Below the pieces are notes generated by a model that was not told the origin of the DNA, ran no database searches, and was given only the letters and a program-made list of their open reading frames with translations. Shown here piece after piece: positions 17,216 through 30,944 of a stretch of 64,000 nt of DNA (the stretch's first letter is position 1; each line of letters begins with the position of its first letter). This DNA is from Schmidtea nova (taxonomy: Eukaryota). Made by a program: the position numbers and the translations under genes. The stretch lies in NCBI GenBank assembly GCA_044892505.1, contig CM097882.1:22444001-22508000 (forward strand), given 5' to 3'.

Positions 17216-17536
17216 CTAGTAATTAGCCCATAATACGGGCGTCAGGAATGTGTATTCAATTGAACACTATTATTCATTAATTTATATCTATCATTTTCGC
17301 TTTACGGGTGCTAGCAAATTATTACATAGAGATAATTAAATTTTACTTTAAACTAAAATATTTTTAAATATTTAATATTATCTTTTCTAACAAGGTAAAC
17401 AAACCAATTTTTATTGTTTATTCCAGCTACAATATTAATATTATTAATATTAAATATTAATATTAATGTTCAATCTTTTTTCATTATTTAAGATTAGACA
17501 CTTAACATAGACTGCACTTCATTATTAAAATATAGA
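17216..17536 (-). mobile_element. Short non-autonomous Helitron-like element
   Basis: Minus strand starts A|TCTATATTTTAATAATGAAG and ends with hairpin GCCCGTATTATGGGC + TAATTA + CTAG|T, i.e. TC...CTAG in an AT target. Confidence 0.55.
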
Positions 17537-17614
17537 TAAATATATAAATAACCTAATATTTTAATTTTCTTCTCCGAATAGTCCTAGAACCATATTTTAT
17601 CTATTATCTATGAC

Positions 17615-20352
17615 TAGGGTTGGCAATCCCGTGCTATATTTTCAATCCCGGGATTTCGGGATTGCATTTAGTCCCGGGATTTTTAAATACATGTTCTTGA
17701 AATATATTAACATACTATTTTAACCAAATTAATAGAAAAAGAAAGAGATTAATTTTGTTAAAATAATATGTTAATATATTTCAAGAACAGGTATTTAAAA
17801 AAAATGACACATTCAAAAATAAGTTTATAAAAAATAGTTTATTAAATTATAAAGAAAATAAATGTTTTTATAATATTATACATCAAATTCATACATCAAA
17901 TAACTTTTAAGAAAGCATAGTGCATCCAAAGTTTCATCGCCCATACGACTTCTTATTTTCGTTGCAAAAAGTCCGGCCGCAGAAAAGGCACGTTCGGACT
18001 CTACACTGGTTGGTTTGATTGTCATTAGAAAATCATACGCTCTTTGCAAAAAATCACCACGTGTTCCTCCATTTTCAAACAATACCATTTCCTTTTGAAT
18101 TTTCGTTGACAGCATCTCACATCGAATTGGCATCCTCGGAAAATGTGCTTGTTTTATAGCTTTATTGAGCTCGTCTGCAATAGTTAAAGGTTGTTCAAGA
18201 GAAAAGGAAAGAGATTCAGATGGAGAATCAGAAGAATCTGAAACAATTTCGATAGGTGCCTCATTTGAAACAGAAGATTCAACTTCGGACTCATGAGCTG
18301 TTAGTGCTGTAGCTGAATTTGCAGCATCTAATCTTTCGAGTAACTCAACTATTATTTTGCGACATTTTACGGCAGATGGAATTGTTACGAGCGCTATTTC
18401 AGATTCGGACTGAACGTTTGTCCTACCATTATGTAAATACTGAAGTACACCACTGATATCTGTCCGCCTTTGTTGCATGCGAAGAATGAGAGCTGAATGC
18501 AATTTTTGACATATAACGTTGTTAGAATCTTTAAGTTTTTTTAACATAAAAGTTATAGCAACATCGGCTGTGAACAGACTAGCATCCCGACGACAAAGGG
18601 CCTCGACTGTTGCTTTTACTGGTACTAGAGCACTAATGATAGAAGATATCATTTTAAGCTCATCATTAGATAAAGCAAATGATTCACCTTCAGGTAGACT
18701 TATGTCTATCAATGCCTTTTGAATACAATTTTTTAATAAATAGATACGTTCAAGCATTGACAAAAGGCTGTTCCACCTAGTCTTGCAATCTTTTATTAGA
18801 GTTATTTGCTTCCCAAATTCAGCCGCAACATATTTCTGCAAGATATCGTTTTTTGTTAGAGATCGTCTGAACATTACTATCAATTTTCGTACCTTTTTGA
18901 TCACTGGAGCGGAATTTATCTCAGTAACATCACTTTGGTTTCCCCCATGCCTATGACCAGAATCGAGATCAACCAATTCTTCGTTGTCAGAAAAAATTTC
19001 ATCGTCGTTACTCTCCGAAAAATCGTGTTCTACTTCTGATTGTTCGTCTTCGTCGAATTGCTGATCTGTTTCTATATTTTGCTTTTGATATAGTACTTCA
19101 ATTACGGCCAGTTGCACACCATGGGCAAAACATAATTGTTGATTTACAGGTAATAATCTCCCAACTTTTTTCATTACACTTGCTCCGTCAATCATAATTC
19201 CGACGATATCTTTTCGCAAATCAAGTCCATATTCTGCGAGCTTTTGTTCTAGGAGCTCAATACATTTATCTGCAGGCATTGATCCTGTTATTCGAATTAA
19301 GCCTAAGCTCCAGAACTGACAATTTTTAGCATGTAAATTAATATTCATGTACCGACGGTTACGTAGTGATGTCCATTCATCAAACGATAAGGAAAATCTC
19401 TCACCAACACCGAATTGTGGGTATTTTTTGCCATCTATTTCCGTAATTAATGAATTCTTAATTTTTTTGCTGTAATCTACAACTATTTTGCGCACTGTGT
19501 TGACTGTTGTAGGTAAACTTTTGAATCCTGTTGCTATAAGACCTGCACGTAAATCAGAAGAACGGCATATAACGTTAAATGAAATCGCATCAAGTGCGGT
19601 TAACCTTGCAAGTGTAGCAGGAAGTGATTTTTCTTCTCGTTCCAGCATCGGAAAATACTTGGTTATCGTTTTCGATTTTTTTGTTGGTGGTTCATCTGAT
19701 GTGTTAGCCGAAGTAGTAGCTGTTGTGATGTTAATTTTATGGACGGAAAGTAGATGCGTATGGAGACCTTTCGTTGACCCACCCCCAATTTTTAGAATTT
19801 TTTTGCAGTCGGTATACTTACACATCGCTGTCTGTCCTTTTTCTTCTCGTAAAAAATGTTTCCAAACAGCAGAATTACTTTTCTTTTCATGGTCTATGTA
19901 AGAAGCCATTATATTTTTAAAATTTGTTGTTCAAATAGTGCGAATGATAATTTAATTAAATCTACACTTTAAAATAATCAAAAACAATAACACGTGAAAA
20001 CAATTATATACTAATTACGTCTGAGCGCCAACAAAAAATTTTAAGAATATAATTACAAATTGAATATTGAAAAAAAAAGTTCCAAGAATTTCGATTTTTA
20101 AAATTTATATATTTTAAGAATTTGAATGCAAAAAAAATTCCAAGTATTTTCTATATGACAAAATTCAAATCTCAACCGAAAAAATTTAAATTTGAAAATG
20201 TTCAACCAAAAATGATTGTTTTAAAGAATTTTTAAGGAAACTGTAAGGTATTTTTCCTTTTAGGCTTAAAAAGTCAAATCCCGGGATCAAGTGCTCGATC
20301 CCGGGATTTCGGGATTGCTAAAAATTGCGGGATCCCGGGATTCCGAACCCTA
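17615..20352 (-). mobile_element. Full-length Ac-type hAT transposon
   Basis: TIRs TAGGGTTGGCAATCCCG / CGGGATTCCGAACCCTA; perfect 8-bp TSD TCTATGAC (17607-17614, 20353-20360); subterminal ATCCCGGGAT palindromes. Confidence 0.97.
17876..19909 (-). CDS. hAT transposase, 677 aa, uninterrupted
   Basis: BED finger (VWKHF...C...C...H...H), SFDEWTS (first catalytic Asp), CFAH (CxxH), TRWNS, and dimerisation domain PTSVESERAFS. Confidence 0.97.
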   Translation of the reverse strand: MASYIDHEKKSNSAVWKHFLREEKGQTAMCKYTDCKKILKIGGGSTKGLHTHLLSVHKINITTATTSANTSDEPPTKKSKTITKYFPMLEREEKSLPATLARLTALDAISFNVICRSSDLRAGLIATGFKSLPTTVNTVRKIVVDYSKKIKNSLITEIDGKKYPQFGVGERFSLSFDEWTSLRNRRYMNINLHAKNCQFWSLGLIRITGSMPADKCIELLEQKLAEYGLDLRKDIVGIMIDGASVMKKVGRLLPVNQQLCFAHGVQLAVIEVLYQKQNIETDQQFDEDEQSEVEHDFSESNDDEIFSDNEELVDLDSGHRHGGNQSDVTEINSAPVIKKVRKLIVMFRRSLTKNDILQKYVAAEFGKQITLIKDCKTRWNSLLSMLERIYLLKNCIQKALIDISLPEGESFALSNDELKMISSIISALVPVKATVEALCRRDASLFTADVAITFMLKKLKDSNNVICQKLHSALILRMQQRRTDISGVLQYLHNGRTNVQSESEIALVTIPSAVKCRKIIVELLERLDAANSATALTAHESEVESSVSNEAPIEIVSDSSDSPSESLSFSLEQPLTIADELNKAIKQAHFPRMPIRCEMLSTKIQKEMVLFENGGTRGDFLQRAYDFLMTIKPTSVESERAFSAAGLFATKIRSRMGDETLDALCFLKSYLMYEFDV

Positions 20353-23100
20353 TCTATGACAGATTGAATTTTTGTTACTTTCAGAATTTAAATTACTGTT
20401 ATGTTGTCTTGTATTCATTTTACAATTGTACTTTTGATATGCTTTAATTTTGTAAATTCAGAGAATTATCAACATTTATGCTAACTTTATTTTTTTAACA
20501 TATAGTATAACGTAAAAAAGATAAAAAATTAAAATTTTGAGTAGAAAACGAGAAAGTTATTAATTATTTAAAAATATTGGTAATTTGGATAATCAAATTA
20601 AGAGTTGAAAAAACTATTTCCAATTGGAACAAGAATAACTTGCCAGTTAAAATTGAAAATTAGTCTAATTTTTGATGCAACAATCATCGTTGCTTTTTCA
20701 TTACAATTCTTTTGAGAGTATGAAAAATGATTCGATAACTTAAAAATGCGTTTATTGAAAATTTTTGGATCGATAAATGCCTTTGTACTTATTTATGAAT
20801 TTAATTAAATCGGAATTCAGCTTACAGTTTATAAACCAACAAAAATTATTTCAACTTTACAAATTCTTCAGTCGTCAATTAGTATAGTAAATAAAAATGT
20901 AATAAATCTGTAAAAGTTGTCAAAATTATTTAGAATTTTTTAATTTTTATGCCAAGAAATTCAGATGCGACTTCCAGTATTTTCATGTAATCAATTATGG
21001 CTCTTATTGTAAAACGAGAACCAACGCATTTTCAAATTTTTGTTTCTTAGGATCTTATCCGTGTATCTGAACTCTAAGAAGGCTTATCAACCTTGAAAAT
21101 TTAATTGTCAAACTATGTTCTCTGAACTAGAAAAGTATGTTTTGAATCGTTGCCGAATAATTATTTCTTTATCTTCCAATTTTCTAAAAATATAATGGTA
21201 GTTTTTCATTGATTGCTTTTATGGTATCAATAAACTGTGATGGTCCAATATTTTAACCCACGAAACAACACCAAATCATGACATAAGTTTCTAGATTTGA
21301 AGGTGTATGAAACGACATGTTATTCAAATTTTCTCCAACACAGATGAACAGGATGTCATTCTTAGCATCAAAAAAACTTAAATTATGCTGTTCCAAAAAG
21401 AAGCGTCCTTATCTTTTTGTGACAAGGTCAAGACAAATCTTTTCTTTTCGAAATATGGCTTTTGGTTATATTACAAGCCAGTCTTTTAAAAGTTAGTCTT
21501 GATCTACCAGAACGTTGCTTATCTTTTTTAGAACTAGTTTCATTATAACTTAGGTTCTTGAAATCGTTGATTGATTCGTCCTTTATGCAACATCATTTAA
21601 TAAAATCTTGGATAATATCCTGTATTCTTTGTAATGATAGTTGCTTTCCATAACATATCAGCTATATAATGTAAATATTGTTGATGTTGAGTATAATAAT
21701 AATTTTATATAGTGAATATTGTTGACCAATTGATAAACTTTGAAGAGTAATGAGTATTGAAATTATTAATTGACTTAATAGACAACATATTAGTTTGCAA
21801 AATATATATCATTGGATAGCTAATTAATTATTCTTTAATGTATTTTTAGAACGACTAATGATTTTAAATTGAATTTTTCTTAATTCTAAAAAATTTATTT
21901 ATTTGTTAAACTTTCGAAACTTTACTGTACAGTAATTTTTGATACATACAAGTGTTTATACAATATTTATTATTCACATTGGTTAGTATCTTTTTTTCTT
22001 GTTTTAGTTGTTAATAATCTTAAAAGGTTATTGGTTGTATTAATAGAAAGTAAAATCTCGATTATCCAATCAACATTTTTAGATGAAATTGATAATTATA
22101 AATTGATGAATTTAAGAAAACTTCGCGATTTAGCTGACAAAAAAGGAAAGTTAATTCACATCAAATGAAAATAATTGATTTTTTGTTATCAATAGATAAA
22201 TTAGTTGAAACTTCATTTATAATTTTATAGTTTTTATAGTATAAAAATAATCAAACTAAACAATCAAATTAAACAATTTATATAGTTTTAGCTATATTTT
22301 ACTGTATATACTTTTTCTTTTTAATATATAAATTCAATAGTTAATTTTCACCTTTGATTTCTTTTTTCATATTAATTTTTAGAAAGACTGAATCAAAATT
22401 TTTTTAAATGTCTTAATTTCAACACCATATAATTTATTTTGCCTAATGTTTTGTTAAGTAGTTTTTTTAATGAAATCATTTGTATGTCATAGAAAATCTT
22501 GCTTTGTTATCTAAAGTTAAATAGAAATAGTTAAATTATTATTTTTCATCAACTAGAAATACCTTAGCAATTGTTTTGTAATTGATGTAATAACTTTTTT
22601 TAATAGTAATAATTTACTTAACGTCAGTATATTTTGGAATGCATCTAGGAAGTCTAGGTGTATCTCGACATGTTTTTAATTAAATTATAAGTTTACTTTT
22701 TGTTCCAAATAATGACATAATCTAAAAATATTAAAATACCATTAATTTTCATTTATCGTTATTGATAGTTATTGCTTTACTTTGTTCGATACGATTTGTT
22801 TGATTTGTTAGGATTATCATTTATATAGTAAAACGATAGTTCAATGTTTAAAATAATAAACGTTATACGTAAATGTATACTTAAAAAAAGTTGATTTTAA
22901 AACTTTTCCGACTAGTCAAATTAAAACTGGGTCATATAAATTGTTTATATATTTCCACATTCACTTAAACTCCATTCTATAGTATACATATAAGTTACAT
23001 GCATTAAATATTTTGTCAATATAACTTACTTTGTAAGTTGTAGTTAGATTTCGTTACTACTGTATATTTCGTTATAATATATGATGGAATATGTGTACTA

Positions 23101-25129
23101 GGTAAAGGACTTATGGTCGTAGGTCATTTGGTAATAGGACAAATGGTCATAGGTCGTTTGGTCATAAGACGAACGGTAATAACCATATGTTCATATGGAC
23201 CTGAGGTCTCAATGATGAACGTCCATAGGATCTTTGGTCACATTATTAATTTAAAAAAAAATACTGTCTAAGTCACATAATCTAAAAATATTAAAATACC
23301 AGCTTAAACTTAAAATTTAAATAAGGCACCAAATAAGTTTTGAATATCTTCACCAACAAGTAAACAGAAATCTAAATTGTGCTAAGTCCTAAATCTAAAA
23401 ATACGATAGAAATGCGATTGCTCGTAGAAATTTGTGTATATCTGTTTGGTCATATGTTGTGATGGCTCTGACGACTCTTTCTTTCAGAAGACGATATCGC
23501 CTTTGGCCAGGTTGCACGACTCCGGAAACACCTTCTGTTTGATGCTGTCGAGTCTCAAACCATCAAGAAATCTCCACAACGTTGATGACTACACTGAAAG
23601 AGAGCTTGAATACTATCCTTCGTCAAGATTTGTCGTTCGTGCAAGTCCATCTGCTGTAGAATCTCGTTGATTCCAGATGTCGATAGGAAATAGCGGAGGT
23701 CCATAGTCGTTACCTCTGCCTCTTTGACAACGACCTTGTACATATATGTGTTCAAAGTAGCTAAATAGCTCGTCGATGTGTTCAGTATCAGGCTGATAAC
23801 CTGTCAGAACATCAAAAGCTTCTCCTACGTTAGCGGCCGGGACATGGGATAGTGCGGCAAGACATCTGACGTAACCACGGACTTCATCCCTAGTTTCATA
23901 ATCAACTTTCATTCCGATTTCGTTTACTTTCCGAAGAACACTTTGACACAAATGCAAGTAACATCCGGTTACTCGAGCTGATGGGAAATGATATCTAAAG
24001 TTAGAACCAATCGCTTCACGTCTTCCAATACACGGTCTTAAATCAGACGAGTTTTATTCGGGAGCAAGCAATAGATTGCAGCTGGACTGATATCTTCGAC
24101 AAATTGAAAATTAATGATGTACATTTGAAAGACGAGGGAAGGTACAACCTTGAACGTTCCATCGGCTAGCCACTTTGATGATCTAGAAAAACAGGTAACA
24201 GTTCAGGACATCCGACAAGAAATAATCGATCTGCACCGGGTCCAAAGTCGTAAAGCACGAGGTCAGAAAATTGAGGCGGGATGTCGAAAATCAAATCTGT
24301 TGGGCATAGCGAAAGTGCAATCTCAGCGTATATGCTAGATTCACGAAACCTCTGGGTATGACGTCGCAACTGTTGATTCAAAGACAAACGTTTTGGCAGC
24401 GCCATCAGAACGTGTCGAGCAAGTGTTACTGAGACAGATGTTTGTATTGCACTCGGTGCAGCCAGCACTTCTGTTGTCTTCTTCATTTAACCAACTGCTT
24501 TTCGAGTAAGCGCAGTTGCAATATTGCCTTCATGATTATGTTAAAGATTAGCTTTACAATTCAGTGTTCGTGAAACTCGACATCTACAGACAACATGACC
24601 TTCAACAGTTTGTCTGTGTCTGCAATATTCAAAACCGCTAAGAAGAAAAGTTCTCTCCATTTGCACATTGTCTATCCATTCCAACAAATATTTTTTAGTA
24701 TTATGTTATTAAAGTTAAGTAAATCTATCAAGTAAAAACAAATAATAAATAACTAAGAATTTAATTAATAGGAAAACAATTCACTGATGACAATAATATA
24801 CAAAACATTATTTTATTATTTCATCCGTTTTATTTTGTTTAGTAAAGTAAATCTATAAAGTAAAGACAAGTTATAAATAATTAACCACTCCCTTATTATG
24901 AAAATAATCCACTTATGACAATATTATACAAAAAACTTATTATGAGTAACCCTTAATATATACACAGTTTTATATTAAGATTGAAATTTATTTATTTTAT
25001 AAACATCTGCACTATGAGCATTTGTCATATGACCGTTCGTCTTATGACCAAAAGACCATATGACTATGACCATTTGCCCTATGACCATTTGCTCTAGGAC
25101 CATATGGCTATGACCATTTGCCCTACACC
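23101..25129 (-). mobile_element. MULE element with long TIRs built from 15-bp subrepeats; transposase fragmented
   Basis: Tandem ATGGTCATAGGGCAA-type units in inverted orientation at both ends; ORFs 24166-24486 and 23613-23957 (FHLCQS-like, YFE..Y, PPLFPIDIWN, RTTN..EG); approximate 8-bp flanks GTGTACTA/GTCTACTG. Confidence 0.85.
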
Positions 25130-26869
25130 GTCTACTGATAATTTCAAATTCACAAGACTTAAACATTTTGGTCATTTGTTACATATGTCTGCCGAAATGT
25201 TCTCGATTTTTTTTGAAAAAGTTTAGAATGAGGCATAAGTTTCTTTGATTTATTGAATTCGAAGAAAATAATTTGAAAATTCAAAATATTCATGTTTAGA
25301 ACTACATATATATTCTAGTAATCCTTTTTTCGAAATACCAGGTACTGAGGTTCTTGAGAATAATTAAAATTTAACAGAAATTTAACAATAATTTAATATA
25401 TTTTTTAATTTTAATTACTTTTTATTAATGATTTACGAAGCTGTCCAAAATTTATTTAGATAAAGCTGGAAGCAACTGAAAATATAAATAAAATAAAAAT
25501 AAACTGTTCTCATAAAAAAACTAATTTTCGCTATGTCATCGCAAAATTCAGATTCAGGTATTTTCGATTTCTTTTCCGATGTTGCCATAATTGATATTTC
25601 TGTGAATAAATAGAATAATGAATAATGATAAATTCTTTAGCTTTTTTGCATTTCCCTATAGAAAGCATGAGTCGAATCTTAATTCTATTAGTTGGTTTTG
25701 ATTGCTCAAATGCATTTTCAACTAAATTTATATTACACATTTATTAATTACCAAATGCTCAAAACTCGACATTGACTTTTTCGATTTTACAGATTGTAAA
25801 TTTAGACTATTTTTAAATGATCGCATAACTTGCAAAAATTTCATGGTACATGATTAAATTCTTTCTTGATTTACGAAGCAAAAAAAGTTTTATTTCTGCT
25901 CTAAATATAAGAAACCGGTTTGTATTGTGAAGGAGTCTTAATTTAAACTGCAGAATAAATAATGCAATAATAAATGAAACTCAAATATCCGTTCCTAATC
26001 CAGGAGTCTTACATTATATTGAATTATAACTGTTTTTTATAAACAATACATCATTTAAATATGATAATTTTACTAAATCATGATTTTTAAACTTAAACTC
26101 TTTAAACTCTAAACATTTAAAAATATCTTTTGGTAATACTATCAGTTTTACTTAATTCGAATTTTTGAAAACCATAAAATTTTCAAATAATTAATAAAAA
26201 TTTATTAAACAAATAGTGTTTTAGTTATCCTAATTTAGTAAATTTCGTTTAAATTATTGGATTTATCTTATTAAATATCAAATTTTTTTCAAAACTATTA
26301 AAACTAAATTTCATGGGAAAATAAATTTAAACCAGGTTATTAATAAAATTATTTTTGCAAACTTATAGCAAAAATTTGGTTTAACAATAAAAATATAAAT
26401 TTTAAAGAAACTTTGCAAATACTATTTATTTTCTTTACAATTTTTATAAGACATCATGAAAGTAAAAATATTCATATAGTTTAATATTAATTACTACTGC
26501 ATAAGTCCGTGGATCATTCGAATGATGTGCTTGGTTTTCATTTTTTTAATCTATGAACTAGAAAAAAGACTTAGCTAAAAATTGAAATGGTATTTTATTT
26601 TATTACAATAAACAAAAATAAAAACAAATTGTGAATGATGAAATAAAGACCACAAGGGAGTTTCTGGAAAAACTAAACGAATGAAATCTTTTAAGTTCTT
26701 GAAAACAGATAAAACTTGTTTGATAAGTATTTTTTTATTCGATATGAACAACCGATACACCAATAAGTGTGGGGGATGGATTAAGGACTATAAGGTTATT
26801 TAAGTTTATTATGTAGCTGTAAAAGTAATGAAAGTAGATTTATAAAAAATGTCTGGTGAAAGTATATAT

Positions 26870-27176
26870 CAGGGATATTCAACTGGCGGCCCGCGGGCCA
26901 AATCTGGTCCGCCGAAATTTGAAAATGGCCCTTTCAATATCTTCGAATATTACACATATATAAAAATATTTGGATGATGTATGCATAAAAACGCTCAGGT
27001 ATTTTTTTTACTGTATAATATTTGTCCTGGGTGCCACGATTCATTGGTTATTTGGAATATTTTTGCTGTAACGAGTGTAATCCGCTACAAAACTAACAAC
27101 TTTTTAATTGACACGGCCCTCAATTGCCGTTATAAGATAAATTTGGCCCTTCATAATATTTAGTCGAATACCCCTG
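26870..27176. mobile_element. hAT Charlie/Buster-type MITE
   Basis: TIRs CAGGGATATTCAACT / AGTCGAATACCCCTG; perfect 8-bp TSD GTATATAT (26862-26869, 27177-27184). Confidence 0.9.
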
Positions 27177-27217
27177 GTATATATGAAGAATCAATCCTTT
27201 TTTCCAAAAGTATTTAA

Positions 27218-27219
<2 letters not shown>

Positions 27220-27277
<58 letters not shown>
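27220..27277. repeat. (TA)n microsatellite
   Basis: About 29 uninterrupted units. Confidence 0.99.
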
Positions 27278-27280
<3 letters not shown>

Positions 27281-27699
27281 AATATATACTTAATATTACT
27301 GAATTCCCTCGCATACTAATATTGGGGTGTAGTAAAAGAACTCAAAGATCAAGACTTTCAATTTATTGTCTGATATTTCTTTTTTTTTAAAAATCACTAG
27401 CTTGTTAAAAATTTTAATAAATAAAAAATATTAATAAATCAAATCAAACTCAGCTAAAAGTGGAAATTAAAAATATAAAATCGCTATGGGAAAACTCGAT
27501 CATATAAAAATCTCATGAAAGAGATTGTCGAAATCTGTCAGAAATTGTATTAACATTATCGACAATTTAATTTACTTTAAGCTACATTGCAGCTATCAAT
27601 TATCTCGATTTCCAAATTTGAGAAGCCCTTTGATTAAGACAGTATAAGAACTTTTATTATCAATAAATGGATAGAATTTTTTTCACACCAAACACACGA

Positions 27700-29420
27700 A
27701 CTTACAGTATGGGATGTTTTTAACTGAGTGTCCATTAGCGAGCTTCTCAATACGGGTATAACTTGTTTAATTCGATTCTCCAAGAGACCTTAAAAATTAA
27801 TCGAATTAAACAGGGACATATTCTTATATTTGTGACTACTAAGTTTAATAATATTATTAGACCATAGTAGGAAAATTTCAAAACATGTTACATTTTTAAA
27901 ACAAATTTATTAAAAGTACATAATTAAAAATAATTTGCCCCAGAACAAACATTTAATCCGTTTCTAAAAAAACATCCATTTAGTTGAGCGTATTGAAAAA
28001 TCTTTGTGGTACAGAAGATCGCTGTAACATTCCATTTCTTAACTTTTGAATACAGTCAATAATTTCTGAATTTGTCACAAATGAGAATTCAGAAGACAAA
28101 TTCGTTTTTTATACTTCCCCACCAATGCTATCCTCAGATATATTACTGATAGACATTGATTGACTCTGTACATTTTCAATGATATCTTCATCCGTCGTAA
28201 TATCCCATCACACAACATGTACATCACAATCCAGATAATCCGTAAACTCTTCTCTGGAATTGGATATTAGCCACAGGGAAATATAATTTGTTTCCGTTTC
28301 TTCAATATTTATTAACGAAATATTATCACCGTCATTATTGAAATCGTCATCATAGAATCCAGACTTCCTAAAACAGTTTTTGATAGTTGTAGGAGAGATG
28401 TCTTCATCCCTCTATTTTCGAAATTCGTTTTATGCAATCTAGTAAGGTAATTTGGGGCCAATTTTTTTTCTCAATAAACCTAAATATTTCTTTTATTACT
28501 CCATTTCTGTGATGCACTTTTAAGCATCTGATAATACTCATATCCATTGGTTGAAGAAGCGCTGTTAGGTTAGGAGGAAAGAATTCCAATACTATATTAT
28601 TTAGTTTGGATTAAAGATCATCTTTTCTATGGGCTGAGCAATTATCGAAGAAAAACAAAACTTTCCGATTTTGGTTTCCAAATTCTACGTCCAATTTCAT
28701 TAACCATTTAGCAAAAATGGATGAATTCATCCACACCTTTTTGTTAAAATCTTAACCCGCTGGCAGTGACTTGCGCTTCAATTTTTTCGGTACCTGACAT
28801 ATTAGCGCAAAGCGTTATGGTTACTCTTTCCCTACTGTTCTTGCCTTTTTGACAGCTATCTCCTTGTAACACCAATGATTTACCAGGAAGGCATTAAAAA
28901 AAGACCGGTTTCATCCCCATTAAAAATATCATTTTCATTGTAGATCCGAATAAGTGGTTTCAATATAGTTTTAATCCAATTGTTTGCTACATTTTTGTCG
29001 CAACCTGTTGCATCGCCATTTTATTCCATTTCTTTTTTAAACCATCGAGCCATCCATTATTAGCTCTAAACGTATCACAATTTAATGCTAATCCATATTG
29101 CTTGGCTTTCTCTTTAAGCATATTTCCATTTATAAGAATATTATTATTTCTGCCTTCTGAAACGAAGCTTCTGACAGTACTATCTACCATATCAGATTTT
29201 CCTGTCCTCATTCTTTTTCTTTTTAGTAAGAATGGATTATCACGTAGCACATTTTTTAATTTTTCTTTTTTCTTACGGATTGTTGATAATGTATTTGCTG
29301 GAACACCGTAGTTTTCTGCAACCTTTTTAATGCTTTGTTCATCGTCAATTTATTGAATGGCGGACAGTTTTTGATTTAAAGGTAAAGTTCTAAACCTAAC
29401 CTCTTAAAATCATTTTTAAA
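27700..29420 (-). mobile_element. pogo/Tigger (TIGD-like) transposase pseudogene
   Basis: CENP-B-type HTH (LKEKAKQ...FRANNGWLDGLKK, ORF 28987-29250) and DDE_1 motif FFPPNLTALLQPMDMSII (ORF 28404-28589). Boundaries approximate. Confidence 0.85.
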
Positions 29421-29708
29421 CCTAAACTTTAAAAATCATTTTATTAATTAATATTCTATCTATGAAAAACTAAATGAAAATTTTTAAAATAAATATATTA
29501 GGTTTCATTAGCATTTCATCAACGGAAGATTCATAATCAATAATTTTATAACTGTTTTAATTATTCAATTTAATTGACGGAAAGATGTAGCAATAAATTT
29601 ATAATTGTCTCATTCATTAACATTTTTCTATCAGAGAGCAAATTATATCGCTTAATAACATTTTCCGGTTTAAAACTAGACAATAATTTTATAATTGATT
29701 TTTCTCTG

Positions 29709-30076
29709 ATTAACATCATATTAGAAGAGAAACTACTATCCATTAGCACTTTATCTACAGAAAGCTGTAAATAAAGTTCTTGAAGTTAATTATAAAAGTA
29801 AATTAGAAATAATTTGATTTTAAAATTTTCATTATTTTAAAATTTTACCCTTTTTTATATATTTTGTGAATTTCTGTGAATGTTATTTATATTAACATCA
29901 TATTAGAAGAGAAACTACTATCCATTAGCACTTTATCTACAGAAAGCTGTAAATAAAGTTCTTGAAGTTAATTATAAAAGTAAATTAGAAATAATTTGAT
30001 TTTAAAATTTTCATTATTTTAAAATTTTACCCTATTTTATATATTTTGTGAATTTCTATGAATGTTATTTATATTA
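29709..30076. repeat. Tandem duplication, 2 x 182 bp
   Basis: ATTAACATCATATTAGAAGAG... starts at 29709 and 29891; I saw two substitutions between copies. Confidence 0.95.
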
Positions 30077-30944
30077 TTAGTTTATTAAAATGTATATTTT
30101 ATTTAAATTGTTACTGGATATAATTACAAAAAAACACCAGCAATATAAATATATTCGAAGCAGTTTTCCAGTTAGTAAAGATCATTATAATTATACTTAT
30201 CTATTTAAATTCCACAAAACCAATATTAAAAATAATTCTACTAAAACATGACACACAACCAAATGAAAAGGAAACGATACATATATAAAAACCAGTCACG
30301 AATACGCCTAGCAAAAATGGCGTGCACATACACAGAGAACATAATAAATTCACGCGTACAAACCCCAAAGACAATGGCTCTCACAACTTGCGCCACGATT
30401 AACAACTAAACAATTAATACAACAAACCAAATTTCATAAAAATTAGATTAAAGAAACTAAAATTTTATTCATATTACAATCCTGAAATTATATGCAGATA
30501 TAGCATGTGATGTTGTTCTGTGGACGCAACGAATATTTAGAATTCATTAGATAAATCTAAAATGAATTAAGATAAATAAAGGTATTACATTACTTGATTT
30601 TTGGTGATATTTTCACTAAATTGTTTATGAAAGTCCTAACGAATTGTTGATGCATCCCAGGATGATGTGATATTGAAACACTGAAATATCGATTTTAATT
30701 TGTCTATTAGCTGTTTTATTTTATTTTTTAATGATAAATATTATTTTAACTTTAATTTACTATAATAACGATGATCAAAATATTGTACACTGTAATTCAA
30801 AGTTTAAATAGATTTTCTTTTAGTAAATACAAGTTATGATTTAATATTTAACAAAGGACCGTACAATTAAATGAGTGGTTACACAATAGTTGCGGGATTA
30901 CTATAGTGATGATTTACTATAGTTCATCGACACCATATAATTAA

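Noticed and set aside
18519-19901. Antisense ORFs over the hAT transposases (18519, 19488; also 44982, 45417)
   Set aside because: Shadow ORFs opposite long real frames, with no motifs.
20400-22900. Possible decayed host gene (similar stretches at 1-900 and 6750-7700)
   Set aside because: Coding-like texture, but I could not reconstruct a consistent frame, splice model or motif.
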